64,000 bases of DNA, taken from positions 58,282,001 through 58,346,000 of the forward strand of contig OZ076409.1 of NCBI GenBank assembly GCA_964187785.1, given 5' to 3'. Source of the stretch: Amphiscolops sp. MND2022. Lineage: Eukaryota. The translations under genes were made by a program, and so were the position numbers. The notes under the pieces were generated by a model. That model saw only the letters and a list, made by a program, of their open reading frames with translations, did not search any database and was not told the DNA's origin. This document shows, piece after piece, positions 27,819-40,000 of this stretch; the stretch's first letter is position 1; each line of letters opens with the position of its first letter.

Positions 27819-28150
27819 CTCTTTTGTAATGAAACCCAATTTTAGAATTGCACGACGATTTTTGTTCGTAGATGCTTGACGGATAGATGGGAAACCGGAT
27901 CCATATCATGCAAGGGTAATTGTTTACCTCATAGTAATTGTTAACGTCAAATTTCGTTTAAAAAACATTTTCATTCAATTTTTGGTGCAAGGTTACAGAC
28001 ATTTAAAAAGTTTTCCAACGATTTCTGTCTGAAACTACTCGATGCTTGTGGAAAGCCTAAAATACTTTTCACTTGGCCTTAACGCTTATGTCTTTGTGTG
28101 ATGACTGGTTCTGGGAAGCAGGTGTACGTGGTTTCAAATCCTGCGCTGTT

Positions 28151-28914
28151 TTTTAGTCGGCGCTTTTGAAGAAAAGTGCCCGACTCTTACAGCGAGTAGT
28201 TTTTAGCCATGTATGGTCCACTTTTTCATTTGTTCAACTTGAACTACAGATGTCCAAAACATACTTGAAACGTCAGAACCTCGTCCAAAACGAAGCCGAA
28301 GTCCAGGACCTACTTTGGCTATCTTAGTGTTTTAATTCAGGTTTTTTTTTGGCACTATGAAGCTTTTTTTTGAAAATTTATTTGATTGCACCGAAGTGTC
28401 CCCCTTCGATTGTTTTGATATTTTACAACAGAAAGGTCGCTTTTTTACATTTTTCAGCACTATGAGACTGTTCAAATTTCTCAGATTTCTGTCTGATATT
28501 AGGTTTTCTCAAGTAATATCCACCGATAATTTTTTTCGAAACTATCCTAATTTTGGAGGTGTAGGTTCCTAAATATTGCGGTATATCCGAATTTTTGACG
28601 TTATATCCGAACTATATTGCGTTTTACTAAGGAGGAGGCAGAAGATATAAAAAACAAGTGCTCCCATTTGTCACAGCACTTTGGACGTTATATCCGAAGT
28701 AATTTGCGCTTTACTGAGGAGGAGCCGTAGGATTGAGAAATAGCGCTCGCATTTGTCTCAACGCGCTATGTCCAGACTTCTAAAGCGTTTTCCGCTTTTG
28801 TGTTTCGAATCTTTTTTGTGCGTTTTTCCTAGAAAACTTCCTGAGCATATTTTAAAAACTTTGTGCTTCTTGAGCCTTAGGTATAGCGCCGACTTTAGAT
28901 GTTCTCGTCTTGTT
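28151..28914 (+). mobile_element. Helentron-like family A copy
   Basis: TTTTAGTCGGCGCTTTTGAAGAAAAGTGCCCGACT start; GCGCCGACTTTAGATGTTCTCGTCTTGTT end; internal duplication of GACGTTATATCCGAA...AGGAGGAG. Confidence 0.7.
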
Positions 28915-29660
28915 CCATGTTTGTAAAGATCACAGAGCTCACAGATCGAGTTTTTGGGACATCGATTAAATGGTTTCGTATGAACCAAGCGGTCGCGTGT
29001 TCGAGTCCCTACTTCAGCCAGCAACTTTCGTTCTTTTACAAACTAAAAGGGTCCCCCTTTCAATATTTTGGCTTTGTGAGACTTTTTTTCTAATTTTCAA
29101 AATGTCTTCGAAGGGTCTAGTCATGTACTTGTCATTTCAAAGAAGTTAGTTTTCGACCTGATTGTTGTTTTGTTCGCTTTCATTTGATCAAGTCTACCCG
29201 TCAACATCGGGTGTCTCAGACTAAACATTGAATTTACATCCAAAACATCGGTTTTTGCAACAACAGAAGCGAACCACAAATTTTATCAAAAAGTCAGGAC
29301 TCGTTGACGATGAAAAAATAAGGTTCACGACTGGTGTTTCTTCATTGTTTTGATGTTTTGCGACTGCTTACCGGAGACCTTTGTCAGAAAAATGTTTCGA
29401 TTTTTTTTTCAATTTTTTGTTTTCTGAGGTTTTCGGCTGAGCAAGATGGGTTTTTTGCTGCTTCCAGTTGAAGAAAAAGTAGTTTTCGAGCCTTATGCAT
29501 ATCCCTTCGGGAGTGTTTTGACATTGCAAAGTTGATGAAATTTCAACAATGGTGTTCTTTTGGATATTTAGAATCCTTTACTCTTTTGGACCTCGAGCGG
29601 GCGCCAACTTGAGCCGTTTCCGGCTTGTTGGTTGCCAACTTGGGCCGTTCCCGGCTTGTT
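28915..29660 (+). mobile_element. Family A-related remnant with doubled 3' terminus
   Basis: GTTCGAGTCCC B-box near 29000; GCCAACTTGAGCCGTTTCCGGCTTGTT then GCCAACTTGGGCCGTTCCCGGCTTGTT at 29603-29660. Confidence 0.5.
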
Positions 29661-30276
29661 TATACTGTATTGTACATGAAATTATTTCTTTTTTTGAGAG
29701 GTTTTTGGTTGAGCAAAACCGTTCTTCCAGTTTCAACAGTAACCTCTGATCATTTTTAGTCCTGTGCGACTGATGATAGTTTTCTCAATAGTTATGCAAA
29801 AGTTTTTTTTCGGCACTGTGCCGCCTTTTTCGGAACAGTTCTTTTCAGCATTTTCAGAAAAGGTGACAAATACAATAGTTGAAGGAAGTCAAGGCTACGA
29901 AGTAGAGGGTTTTCTTTTGATCATCAGTTTTTGAGATATTACGTGATAAAGTTCGAAAAGTGCTAAAACTCCTGAAAATACCATGTAATGTAACTTTGAT
30001 TCGACTTGGGAACAAAAAATACCGTTGTAATTTTGATTATAATTTGAGAGACTTTTGCTCATGAAACTTTTCTTGTTCCTTGAGTAAAATGGTAAAATGT
30101 TAATATTAAAAGATATTGCAATTTGGAAACTTCCGTTAACCAAATCGGGCGTCTTTGGTTTTAATTACATTTTTCAAAATACACCTATGTGTATGCATAG
30201 AAAAGTAACTCGAAACTGCGAAAGCTTTCATCTTGAAAACTAATCTGTTCTGTGCAGTTAATTTCTAATTTTCCAG

Positions 30277-30488
30277 GTGAAGATATTTTGGACGTTTGGT
30301 TCGATTCTGGGATCTCTTGGCATACCTTTGCAGCAGAGGAGAGCCAAAAGGTGTTTTACGTTGAAGGCCGTGACCAAATAAGAGGGTGGTTCCAAAGTTC
30401 CATTTCTACAGCATATGCTCTAAATCAGAGGCCACCTTTCACCCATATTTACACACACGGATTCGTTCTCGATCACAGAAATACAAAG
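30277..30488 (+). CDS. IARS2: IARS2 coding exon 4
   Basis: GEDILDVWFDSGISW, EGRDQIRGWFQSS and THGFVLD; ends on the K of KMSKS; acceptor TTCCAG and donor GTTAG. Confidence 0.95.
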
Positions 30489-30642
30489 GTTAGCCCGAAA
30501 GACGTTATGCTTAAGTTTAACTGTAAGTGTAAGTTCGAAAAGATTTTTGCAGGGTTGCAAAAAACACGATTCGAGCAAAAAAACATTTTAAACGTTTAAA
30601 ACATTTTAAACATGTTTAAAACAAAACACATTTACAATCATT

Positions 30643-31911
30643 TTTGGGAGTCGGAAAAATTTTCGAATACTTATGCAATCGTGTTTTTTTTGTTTTTAGT
30701 CGGCGCTTTTCTAGAGAAAAGTGCCCGACTCTTACAGTGGCTAGTTTTTTTAGTCGGCGCCTTTTCCCTTAAGGAAAAAAGCCCGACTCTTACAGTGAGT
30801 AGTTTTTTTTTTTTCAGTTGACAATCTCACTCTGAGTGGTCCACTTTTCTTACAATTTTTGTTCATCTTTCATATTTGTTCATCTTTCATCTTCGACCCA
30901 GCCGGAGAGCGTGGGTTCGAATCCCGCACTAAACCATAAATTTTTTAATGAGTTTTTCGGCATTGTGCGACCTAAAAAATACTTTTTTTTCGAAAAAAAA
31001 TCAATTTTTTTTTTGAAAAAAAAATTTTTCCAAATTTTTCCAATAGTTGTTCCTTGAATATTTTTGAGCCTAAGATATGGCGCCGACTTGGGACGTTCCC
31101 GTCTTGTTTTCTTTTTTTTTTCGTCAGACTACAATCTCACTCTGATTGGGCCACTTTTCTTACAATCGAAACTACTAAAACTACTAGCATAAGGCCGAGT
31201 CCGGTCAGCGGAAATTAGTGCAAAAGGGTCCCCCCTTTCATATTTTACTATTTTACCGTAGCCTACAAAACCGGACGAGACTAAAGGGTCCCCCCTTACA
31301 ATTTTTTTTCGGCATTGTGCGACTTTTTTTCAAAAATTTTTTAATGTATCAAAAGAGTCCCCCTTTCGAGTTTTTGATATTTTGCAACAAAATATATGTT
31401 GATGAAGCCCAAAGGGTCCCCCCTTTTACATTTTTCGGCACTATGCCACTATTTCTGAAAGAAAAAATATTCAAAAATTTTTTTGAAAAAATTTTTTTGC
31501 GCTTCTTGAGCCTTAGATATAGCGCCGACTTTAGACGTTCCCTGTTTTTTCTCCCGACGTTTCATGAAAATTTCAAATTTCTCAAAAACTGTCCATACGA
31601 TTTTCATGAAATTTTGCAGTCATTCTACACCCAAAGGGGCCCCTGCCTGTGCAATGACATCAAAATCCTATGTCTGGAATGTGAGAAACATAGCCAAAAT
31701 TAGCCCAAAAATGGCCAAAAAACAGCCATTTTTAGACTTTTGATTTTCGCAAAAACTGTCCATACGATTCGAACGAAATTTTGTAAAGTCATTCTGCACC
31801 ATATTATGGTCCTTTGTGTGCAATCTCATCAAATTTGTATGACTGGGATTCGAGCGACTCAGAAGGAAAAAGACCTATGCCGACACCTTTACCGCATATG
31901 CGGCTCTGGTT
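30643..31911 (+). mobile_element. Helentron-like family C element inserted at the end of the hAT transposase
   Basis: 5' GGGAGTCGGAAAA paired with subterminal GCCGACACC; 3' hairpin CCGCATATGCGG then CTCTGGTT; T-run flanks; internal duplication of AAAAACTGTCCATACGATT...AGTCATTCT. Confidence 0.5.
30694..31546 (+). mobile_element. Family A element containing a second family A element (30748-31108)
   Basis: Two 5' termini (30694, 30748) and two 3' termini (31108, 31546); removing the inner copy restores GTGGCTAGT-Tn-CGTCAGAC as in the copy at 2452-2476. Confidence 0.75.
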
Positions 31912-33678
31912 TTAAAATGCGCTTGATAAAAGTAAGTTTTTCAAGTTTTTTCATGCCAAATCCGTTTCGTGAATCATCTTCAATGAAACCAATTGTACTA
32001 AATTCACGTTCGAGAGCCGCTGAGCTGCGGTATAGCTTTTCGAACGTCAGTGCCAGCTGTCCGAGGTAGTGTGGCATATTTCCCATAGTAATGTTGTACT
32101 TCAGAGAATTGATTCTCTTCTCTGAATACTTTCTGAATTCAGATTGTATCAAAGCCAAACCTTCGAATATTGGCTGGAGAACGGAGTAGGCATCTTCTGC
32201 ATTTTTGTAAAGTAAGACGTCTTTAAGATTCTTTGATACTTGTGTACCAGGTGATTTTTGAGATTTTCCGGCATTTTGTTCAATACATTACTTGAGTAAC
32301 GTCCAAGATTTGAGGTACCAATCAACAAGTTGCATACAGCTGCTCAGTCGCACTTCGCTAGGTAATGGAGGTTTATGCAGGTTTTTTTATTGAGAAGTCC
32401 AGTTATTGGCAAGTTGGTTGTTCCGAAAAAAATTGGCAATAGTTACTATTTTATTGATAGCAGCATCTGGTTGTAAGTAAGTCTTTTGCCAGAAGATTGA
32501 GCTGGTGAGCTGCACATCCTTACGCAATAACAGAAGGTTCACGTTCTAGTACCAAAGCTCTCAATTTGTTCATTATTTTGGCATTATCAGTGACAAGACC
32601 AACAACGTCACAATTGTATTCAGCTTTGATTTTGATCACGTTTTCGATAACTTTTTCGCAATGAAAAACCGATGTGTGGCTGTGATCGCTTATATCTTCT
32701 ACAGACACAACAAAAGTTTTGTTGCCACTTTGAACGCAAAATCCCAAAATTAATTCGTTGTTGACATTGCTCCAACAGTCGACTGACAGTGTAACAGCCT
32801 CGTCTGAGTTCGTGTAACAGCCTCGTTTGAGTTCGATAAACAGAATCCAGAAGATTACCTGAAACCTCTTCCCGGTTAGGCGGACAATATCCAGTATGTA
32901 GGCCGCCGACCATTTGTTGAAATTCACGATTTTCTACGGCAACAAATGGCGTATTTGATGAATAAATATATTGAGCGACAAGTCGATCCAGCTTTCGTTT
33001 CATGTCAGGCGCTGACGGTTTTGGCATATGCGCCCCGATCGAACGTTGTTTAGGTTTTCGTTCAGGTAACTCAGACGAAACAACCGATTTTGCGTGATAT
33101 TCGTTGAAATGCTTTTTCAGACGTGCAACCAAACCAGCCATTTCCAGTTTACAGTGGTTACATGTGGCGCGATCGCCATTTTGCGTGTACTCACACCTAT
33201 TGACATCTCGCTTTCTACCCGTTGTTGCACGCGGCATTGGTAATCTGAACTGAAATCTGAGAAATTTCTTGTACTTGACTAATTTTGACAAATCGGTAGC
33301 ACGAGCTCAGTAACTCGGCTGTCGACGTTTTAAACACAAAATTTGATATTTGTTTTAAACACTGCAACCCTGCAAATTTGCATAGTTTGTTAGGTAGTTT
33401 TTAGAAAAACTATAAACATGATGAATTAGGTGTCGCCAAAATGTTGAAAATATACGAAGAAAGCTTTGTGAAGACTTCGCGTTTCAATTCATAATAATAG
33501 TGACATTTTAGTTTATCAGGGTGCACCATATACAATTTTTCACAATTTTTGAAGATTTTATGCTATAGATAATCATATATATTTACATTTAAACGTAAAC
33601 AAATTTAACATAGCCCCTGAAAAAGCTTCCTATAACCACTAAGGTTTTTCGAGAGGAAACTTTTTGAAAAGTTTTTTC

Positions 33679-33978
33679 TTATTTTCCGCCGACATATAAT
33701 AGAAAATCATGGTCTCTGTTGCGTTTTTTTCCAAATTCTGCCAAATCTCCCCGTTCCTGCCCATCGACTTCACTTGTCTATTTGTTTTTTGATTATTTCA
33801 GTTACGTGGTAGCGTAGTTGACAGTGCGTCTGCCTGGCAGACACGAGGTTGTGGGTTTGAACCCTTTAGCGGAAACCTTTAGAGGTTGTGGGTTCGAACA
33901 ATTTTAGCGAACCCTTTAGAGGCTGTGGGTTCGAACAATTTTAGCGGAAAATTTCCCGGTGCTTGGCGGGCGTCTTTC
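33679..33978 (+). mobile_element. Helentron-like family B copy with tRNA-like segment and triplicated B-box region
   Basis: TTATTTTCCGCC start; GTGGTAGCGTAGTTGACAGTGCGTCTGCCTGGCAGAC; three copies of GAGGYTGTGGGTTYGAAC; GCGGAAAATTTCCCGGTGCTTGGCGGGCGTCT end. Confidence 0.6.
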
Positions 33979-34190
33979 ATTCATAAGTTGAGGAAAATTT
34001 TTGGAATTGCTTAATCATTGACCTATTCGTTGTGAAATTTTATTACTGCTGGAAATTGAGAAATACTCAAAAAGCGCTGGTCCAAATCCCATAAAGATCA
34101 TTTCCAAGAAAAATGATGGCTCAATATTTTCGAAAGTCTACATTTTAAGTAACGTAAAGTTGAATGTGTTTAAATGTCGTTTCTTTGCAG

Positions 34191-35201
34191 ATGTCAAAAA
34201 GTGTTGGCAACGTGATTGATCCCTCTTCTATTGTGGAAAAACATGGAGCAGATGTTCTGAGACTATGGGTAGCTTTGGCTGATACCACTTCGGACATTGC
34301 GTACAGTGAAAGGATTCTCGACAAGACATTGAGTGCATACAAGAAACTAAGATCAGTCTTGCGAATACTCAACGCCAACCTTTATGACTTCCCTTCGGAC
34401 CTCCCAAGAGGTCTTCGCATGAAACCTATCGACCTTTACATGACAATTAATTGCCCGGAAGTGGTCTCGAAATGTGAAAACAGCATGGAAAACTTTTCAT
34501 TTCACATTGCATCGCATGAGCTGCTGAACTTTGTAGCAGATGACGTTTCCGCGTTTTACCTGGGTAGTATAAAAGACAGATTGTATTGTGATGCAGCTGA
34601 GTCTGAGAAGCGCAGAAGTGCGCAAATTTGTATTGCTTTCTTGCTGTACAAGTTATTGCGACCGCTCGAAATATTTGTGCCTCACTTGATACACGAAACT
34701 CGATCCTTCTCAAATTTGGATGCAACGAAAGTTTCTAAGCTTATGAAGTTATCCCAACGTGTTTTGGAAGATCCAATTGCGGATAAAATTACACCTTTAT
34801 TCCGTCATTTGGGCAAAGTCTCTGACTCAGTGAATTTAAGCGTTGACAATGCCAAAGAATTGGCCAGGAGTGATGTTATGTTTACCGTTTTGAAAAACTC
34901 TGAAATTGGATTGCTTTTATCAAACGTGGGTTTGAGTGAAGAAGATTTGACTGAAACGTTGCACTGCAAAAGCGTGACTTTGAAACTTGTCAATGATTTT
35001 ACGCAGTTTAAAGGAAGAGAGGTTTTCAGAGGTACTGACGTTCCTACAATTGATGACGTCAGAATTTCGATTGCGAGAAACGAGAGTGCTCAGTTGTGTC
35101 CCCGTTGCAGACGGTACACGAGTAGTCATTCGGATTCTCTGTGCCAAAGATGTGATGATGTAGTGTCTAATCAGAAAGGAGATGCTTCTGTTAAAGTGTA
35201 G
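34191..35201 (+). CDS. IARS2: IARS2 coding exon 5 (last)
   Basis: MSKSVGNVIDP, GADVLRLWV, KDRLYCD and C-terminal zinc finger CPRC...CQRC; acceptor TTTGCAG; stop TAG. Confidence 0.95.
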   Translation: MSKSVGNVIDPSSIVEKHGADVLRLWVALADTTSDIAYSERILDKTLSAYKKLRSVLRILNANLYDFPSDLPRGLRMKPIDLYMTINCPEVVSKCENSMENFSFHIASHELLNFVADDVSAFYLGSIKDRLYCDAAESEKRRSAQICIAFLLYKLLRPLEIFVPHLIHETRSFSNLDATKVSKLMKLSQRVLEDPIADKITPLFRHLGKVSDSVNLSVDNAKELARSDVMFTVLKNSEIGLLLSNVGLSEEDLTETLHCKSVTLKLVNDFTQFKGREVFRGTDVPTIDDVRISIARNESAQLCPRCRRYTSSHSDSLCQRCDDVVSNQKGDASVKV

Positions 35202-35697
35202 AGAATTTACTAATTTTTTCTATTGTCAATCAATGAATACAATTTCTTCAAACTTCTGAAGTTTCATTCGTTGTTTTTTCTCATTTTCCAGTGGCTGTTT
35301 GTCAACTAATCAGACAGGGGATTGTAACTCATGAATTTTGAACTGCAAGGGTTCCCAGATACTCTATGTATGCGGTGCCAGCTCTAAGTTTACGCTAAAA
35401 TTGATTACTCTATGCGAATCATTATTGTAAAGTTTTGAAAAGTGAAATGTAGAAAACCGACAAAAATGATTCAATATATTCATGGTCAATATCTTGAAAT
35501 TCTTTTGGTATATATTTGGAAATGCGAATTGTTGCTGATGTTTTGCTACAGCTGGTGAACTAGGATCTAGGATTAACTTCCTATTCTTGATTGACAATTC
35601 CTTGTTCACGTACAACAAAAACACTTGTCCACATCTGTGATCTACCTAAGCTATATCTCGTATTGATTTTCACCGCAATTTATTTTTCAGATAGCAA

Positions 35698-35868
35698 ATG
35701 AGACGTTATCTTTTGAAGTTTGTCCGTTCCCATCATTTGCGATCGGCAATAGCTTTTGCGGAACAAACTACAAGAAACCAACCCCTGCTTTGTTCATCGA
35801 TACAAGCCAACTGCCGCTACTGTATTGGGTGGCGTCCTTTGTCTTCATTCGGGGACGAATCAAAACAG
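35698..35868 (+). CDS. DARS2: Mitochondrial aspartate--tRNA ligase, coding exon 1 of 8 (transit peptide; join gives about 659 aa)
   Basis: MRRYLLKFVRSHHLRSAIA..., basic transit-like peptide; donor CAG|GTGGGT phase 0 matches exon 2. Confidence 0.7.
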
Positions 35869-36529
35869 GTGGGTTAGGTTTGCCCCGTTTAGGAACTGTC
35901 TGTAAATTTTGCACCCTTTCGGTTCAGTAATATTTCACACCAATAAATAATAATAATATTTACCTATTGATATAAAGTTAATTAGAAACTCAGACTTGTG
36001 CGTTCGTGGATGCGTTTACGCAAACGACAATCCCATGTTATCGATTCTGCGATTGGCGCATTGCTTGAAGAGGGAAGGAAGGCTGTCATAATTAAGCCAC
36101 AGGGTTTCGGTTTCCCTTTCCAATAGATCAGGGTCCGTTATTGACACTGTAAGGAGGCTCCGTATATGACACCCTAATTTTCTCCGACATACTGTTATGC
36201 AACATGGGCTCCTAGACATTTTTTCAACATCAACAGGTTTTCAGTACCCACGGTCCTTTTTAAAGAATATTGAATATAGTATACTTCCAAGATTGTCTAT
36301 CAAGTAAAAAAATGTTTTCTGTTTGAAATAATCTAATATACTGAAGCTCTTGAGATGCTAAATAATTGTTCCCAAGTAAAAATAATCGTGGAAGCTATTT
36401 ATTTGTACTACAAAGGTTCAAGGACTTTCGAAGCATTTCAATTTCACTTCTTATAATAATTCTGATTCAATGCTTCAAATTTAGTAATGTTCTGCATACT
36501 ATTGACCGAACGGAGCGTGTTTCTTTCAG

Positions 36530-36787
36530 TACAGGACACTTTACTGTGGAGATGTGAATCAATCACACGAAGGCCAATCGGAGCTTTTTTCGGGATGGGT
36601 GAAGTTCACTCGGGGTATCAACAAAAGCCAGGGAGGCTTCATAGTCCTCAGTGATCACACCGGAGATATTCAACTGGTCGTTCCTCTGGAGCTAGTGAAT
36701 GACGCCAGTTCTGGTTCCATCTGGAAGAGCCTGACGTTGCAATCTTGTCTTTCCGTGAGAGGAAAAGTTGTGCCCAGACCTGCTAAA
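36530..36787 (+). CDS. DARS2: DARS2 coding exon 2 (anticodon-binding OB fold)
   Basis: YRTLYCGDV...GWV...FIVLSDHTGDIQLV...VRGKVVPRP. Confidence 0.9.
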
Positions 36788-37792
36788 GTAAATGATGCAT
36801 GGTAATTTATTCTTTACTTAGCTGGAGAAGTGAAGTTTCGAAAATTTGGGACCTCAAAGTATTTTAAATTAACTCAGGGACTGCTGCTGAGAAAATTTTA
36901 GGAAGTCTCACAGTGCCGAAAAATTGGATGGTAAACATTTTCGGCTCTTCTTGTTCCATATGTGTGTATATCGAAGTACAATGGTGTTTTAAATTACCAA
37001 GAGTCTACTGCTCACAAAATTTGTAATTCTGGCCTCAGAAATTTCAAACGAACATTTCCCGAAAATTTCCTGGAAACGTCTGATAATGTTAATACTGCTT
37101 GTTGCACATGCAACTCCGAGTTACTTTGTTCAGTTCTAATTCTGAACAAATGATTTCAGCCAATGAGCATTTCATTTAGTTCATTTTCTGAGCTTTCTTT
37201 TTTTCAAGTTTCTTAGTTTGCTGTCTACTTCTTCTTTCTGTTTTTTTTGTGTACGAAAATTTTTGATTAGATTATTATTACACAAGTTTTCCCGGTAATT
37301 TGCCAACTTCTTGTCTTCAAATTGTAACGTTCCCTTTCACATTTTCTGCTCTCGAAGCAAAATTGAAAACGTCATTAACGAAACTGTTGTTAAATTTCCA
37401 TATTTGTGATCTTTTCCAAGCTGTTTAAATTTGAATTTTGCAATGTTGGGCAGAAGAATTGCGTTATTTTAGAACGCTACTATAATATCTAAGTGCATTA
37501 AAAAAACAAGAAGCGCAGTAATTTTCCTATACTGTTACAACAGAAAACTTCTGAGAAGGAAGGGTGAAGAAAAGACATTTTCTTAACTGTTAATATCACA
37601 TATATAACGCGTTCTTCGAGGGTGACACTGGGCGTTGGGTTTTTTCAGCACTGTGCAATTTTTTCAAACAAGTGTGACCCTTTCAACTCGAGGAACGCGT
37701 TTTATCAATTGAAAGCTTCAAAAAACCGGAGCAATGAACTGAAAATTTTCGTTACAAGTCGTTACAAGTCGCACGGAGCCGTTTCTGTGGTT

Positions 37793-38650
37793 TTTTAGTC
37801 GGCATTTTCGATAGAAAAGTCGACTATAGTAGAGGCTTTCAAGACCAGTGAACTGCCACATTTGTGATGTCAAAATTTTAACTTGCAACGAACTTGATCC
37901 CGCCTTTTGTGTCAGCAGTTAACGCAATTTCCAGGCCTTGTACGGGGCCTGGCCAGAAGGAGTCCCGAACTAAACCAAGTTGTTATGCTTGCAAAGGTAG
38001 AGGAAAGACCGAAGGTTCCCTCTCTGAGTTTTTTCGACTTTTTTTCTATTACTTACCGAAGCCCTCCTTCAATTTTTGCAGAAACAGCGTTTTGCAAACA
38101 TAGAAGGCCCCTTGAAGTTTCTCGGCACTGTGCGATTTATCGAATTTTTTGAAAATTTGAAATTTTCTTGTTACATTTTTGACTTATTGAGGTTTTCTGT
38201 TGAGAAAGACCATTTCCCGAGTCTTAGGGTGATCTGTTTGGTTATTTATTTGGTCGTGTGGGACTGCTGAGATTTTTCTAAATGATCGTGGATAAAACCT
38301 ACTGATGTTTCGGGACTGTGCGACATTGTTTCGAGAAAAATTCATTCAACCAGGGAGTATCCCTTCCTTTTTTGAAAAGTTTTCGGCTTGAAAAAATATT
38401 TTGCGAACTTGAAGGGTCTTCTCGCCGGTTTTCGGACAATCTGAGACTTTTCCATGGATATTATGTTCGATTTTTTTCAAAAAATTGGGTTTCTTTGTTT
38501 CGAGTTAGGAGCAGTTTTCGAGTCTTCACTTCACGTGTTTTTTGACGTAGTAAATTTGGTTTAAAAATTGTCACAATGGTGTCTCTTTGCGTATTTGTAA
38601 CAGTTTACTCTTTGAACTTTGAGCGCGACTTAGGTTGTTCCTGGCTTGTT
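37793..38650 (+). mobile_element. Diverged Helentron-like family A copy
   Basis: TTTTAGTCGGCATTTTCGATAGAAAAGTCGACT start; GCGCGACTTAGGTTGTTCCTGGCTTGTT end; repeated TTCGGCACTGTGCGA motif. Confidence 0.55.
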
Positions 38651-38699
38651 GGTATAATTTTAACAGAAATTTCCCAAGGGCGACCTTTTAGATTGAAGA

Positions 38700-39452
38700 A
38701 AAACCTTTCTCCGAACTGAAAATTTCACAAAAACTCCTAGTGCGATTTTTGCCGAAACGTATTGGTTCGCGAAATGTCCATTAGTGCCGAAAACCCCAAA
38801 GGTGTGACCCTTTAGGCTCAAAAAATGCGTTTTTTAATTTGAGTGCATAGAAAAAACTACAGCAGTGAGCAGAAAAAAATCGTGAAAAGTAGCTCAAAGC
38901 CGAAAATGGTCGGTAGTTTCCGTTGAGAAAATTCTCGTCAGCCCAACAGAGGTCACCCCTAACGTGCCAAATCAAGGGGATTCGGCTTTAAAACTTCGGA
39001 AGAAAAGAAGCAAAGTGTCGAAGGAGTACCGAAAAGTACCCAAGGGAAGCCTTTCGTGCTCAGAAAACGCTTATTACTGAAAACATCAAAGGAAAACCCT
39101 GCACAGTGCCGAGAAACCCTAAAAAGGGACTCTTCGGGCTCTTTGAATGCATTACCCTAACTGAAAACATGAAAAATCGAAAAAAGTTACCCTTGAAAAA
39201 ATTGAAAGCTGTGGGGACCCTTCTGTTCTTAAGTGTCGAGCATACAATAAATACTATGAAAAACTCAAAGGGAGTACCCTTTAGCTTCCTTGGGTACCCT
39301 TTGGAACTTTTACGTATAGTCTGTACAAAGTGGATCATTCAGTGTGAGTTCTGAAGTCCTACGAGAATATTTTTGTTACAAAAAGCGAATATTAAAAACT
39401 TGCCTCTGTAACAGTTCGGCAGTTTTTGTTACAAAGAGCACCGACTAAAAAA
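38700..39452 (-). mobile_element. Diverged family A-related remnant
   Basis: GAGCACCGACTAAAA at 39436-39450 is an inverted 5' terminus; several inverted CAGTGCCGA motifs. Confidence 0.4.
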
Positions 39453-39547
39453 AGTTTAGCGTTTTCATAGTCAATCGAAGGTAATAATCGGTAACGCATC
39501 TGACCCTCTGCACTCACACTTCAAGACAACCACTACTTTGGATATTA

Positions 39548-40000
39548 TTATTTTCCGCCCATATTTCATATGGGAAAGGAAAATATTTAAATCAAACGGG
39601 TTTTTTTTTTTTACAAAATTTGCCAAGATTTTATTTATATTTAAATTTAAGTGTGTTACCCATAGAATTCAACCCACATAAATTTAGCTTCGTGCGATAT
39701 GTATTTGTAGAGATTTTTGAAGTTTTTTTTAAAAAATGACGAAAATGACCCCTTAATGACAAAATGACCCCTTAATGACAAAAATTCCCAAATTTCTCAT
39801 TTTTAAACGTTTTTATGCAATTTTTGCCATTTTTTTGAGAGACACCGCGAATTAGAAAAATGGACAAGATGAATCGAAGCTTTCTTTTCTTCGAACTTCT
39901 CAGCGTTTTTATAGTGCATTAGTTATTCTTGAGCCTCATTTATGTAGTTGTAGAACAGTTCGGGGCGGAAAATATCCCGCTCCTCAGCGGGCGTCTTGTT
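39548..40000 (+). mobile_element. Helentron-like family B element (short, with both ends)
   Basis: 5' TTATTTTCCGCCCATATTTCATATGGGAAAGGAAAATA; 3' GGCGGAAAATAT-CCCGCTCCTCAGCGGG-CGTCTTGTT. Confidence 0.75.

Larger units (their letters stand above)
30550..33372 (-). mobile_element. Degenerate hAT transposon (BED-like finger, DUF659, dimerisation domain)
   Basis: TIR CAGGGTTGCA/TGCAACCCTG; minus-strand ATCNHC...LKKHF, VTLSVDCWSN...VTDNA, GCAAHQLNLL and SSAALEREFS; TSD only partly conserved. Confidence 0.85.
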
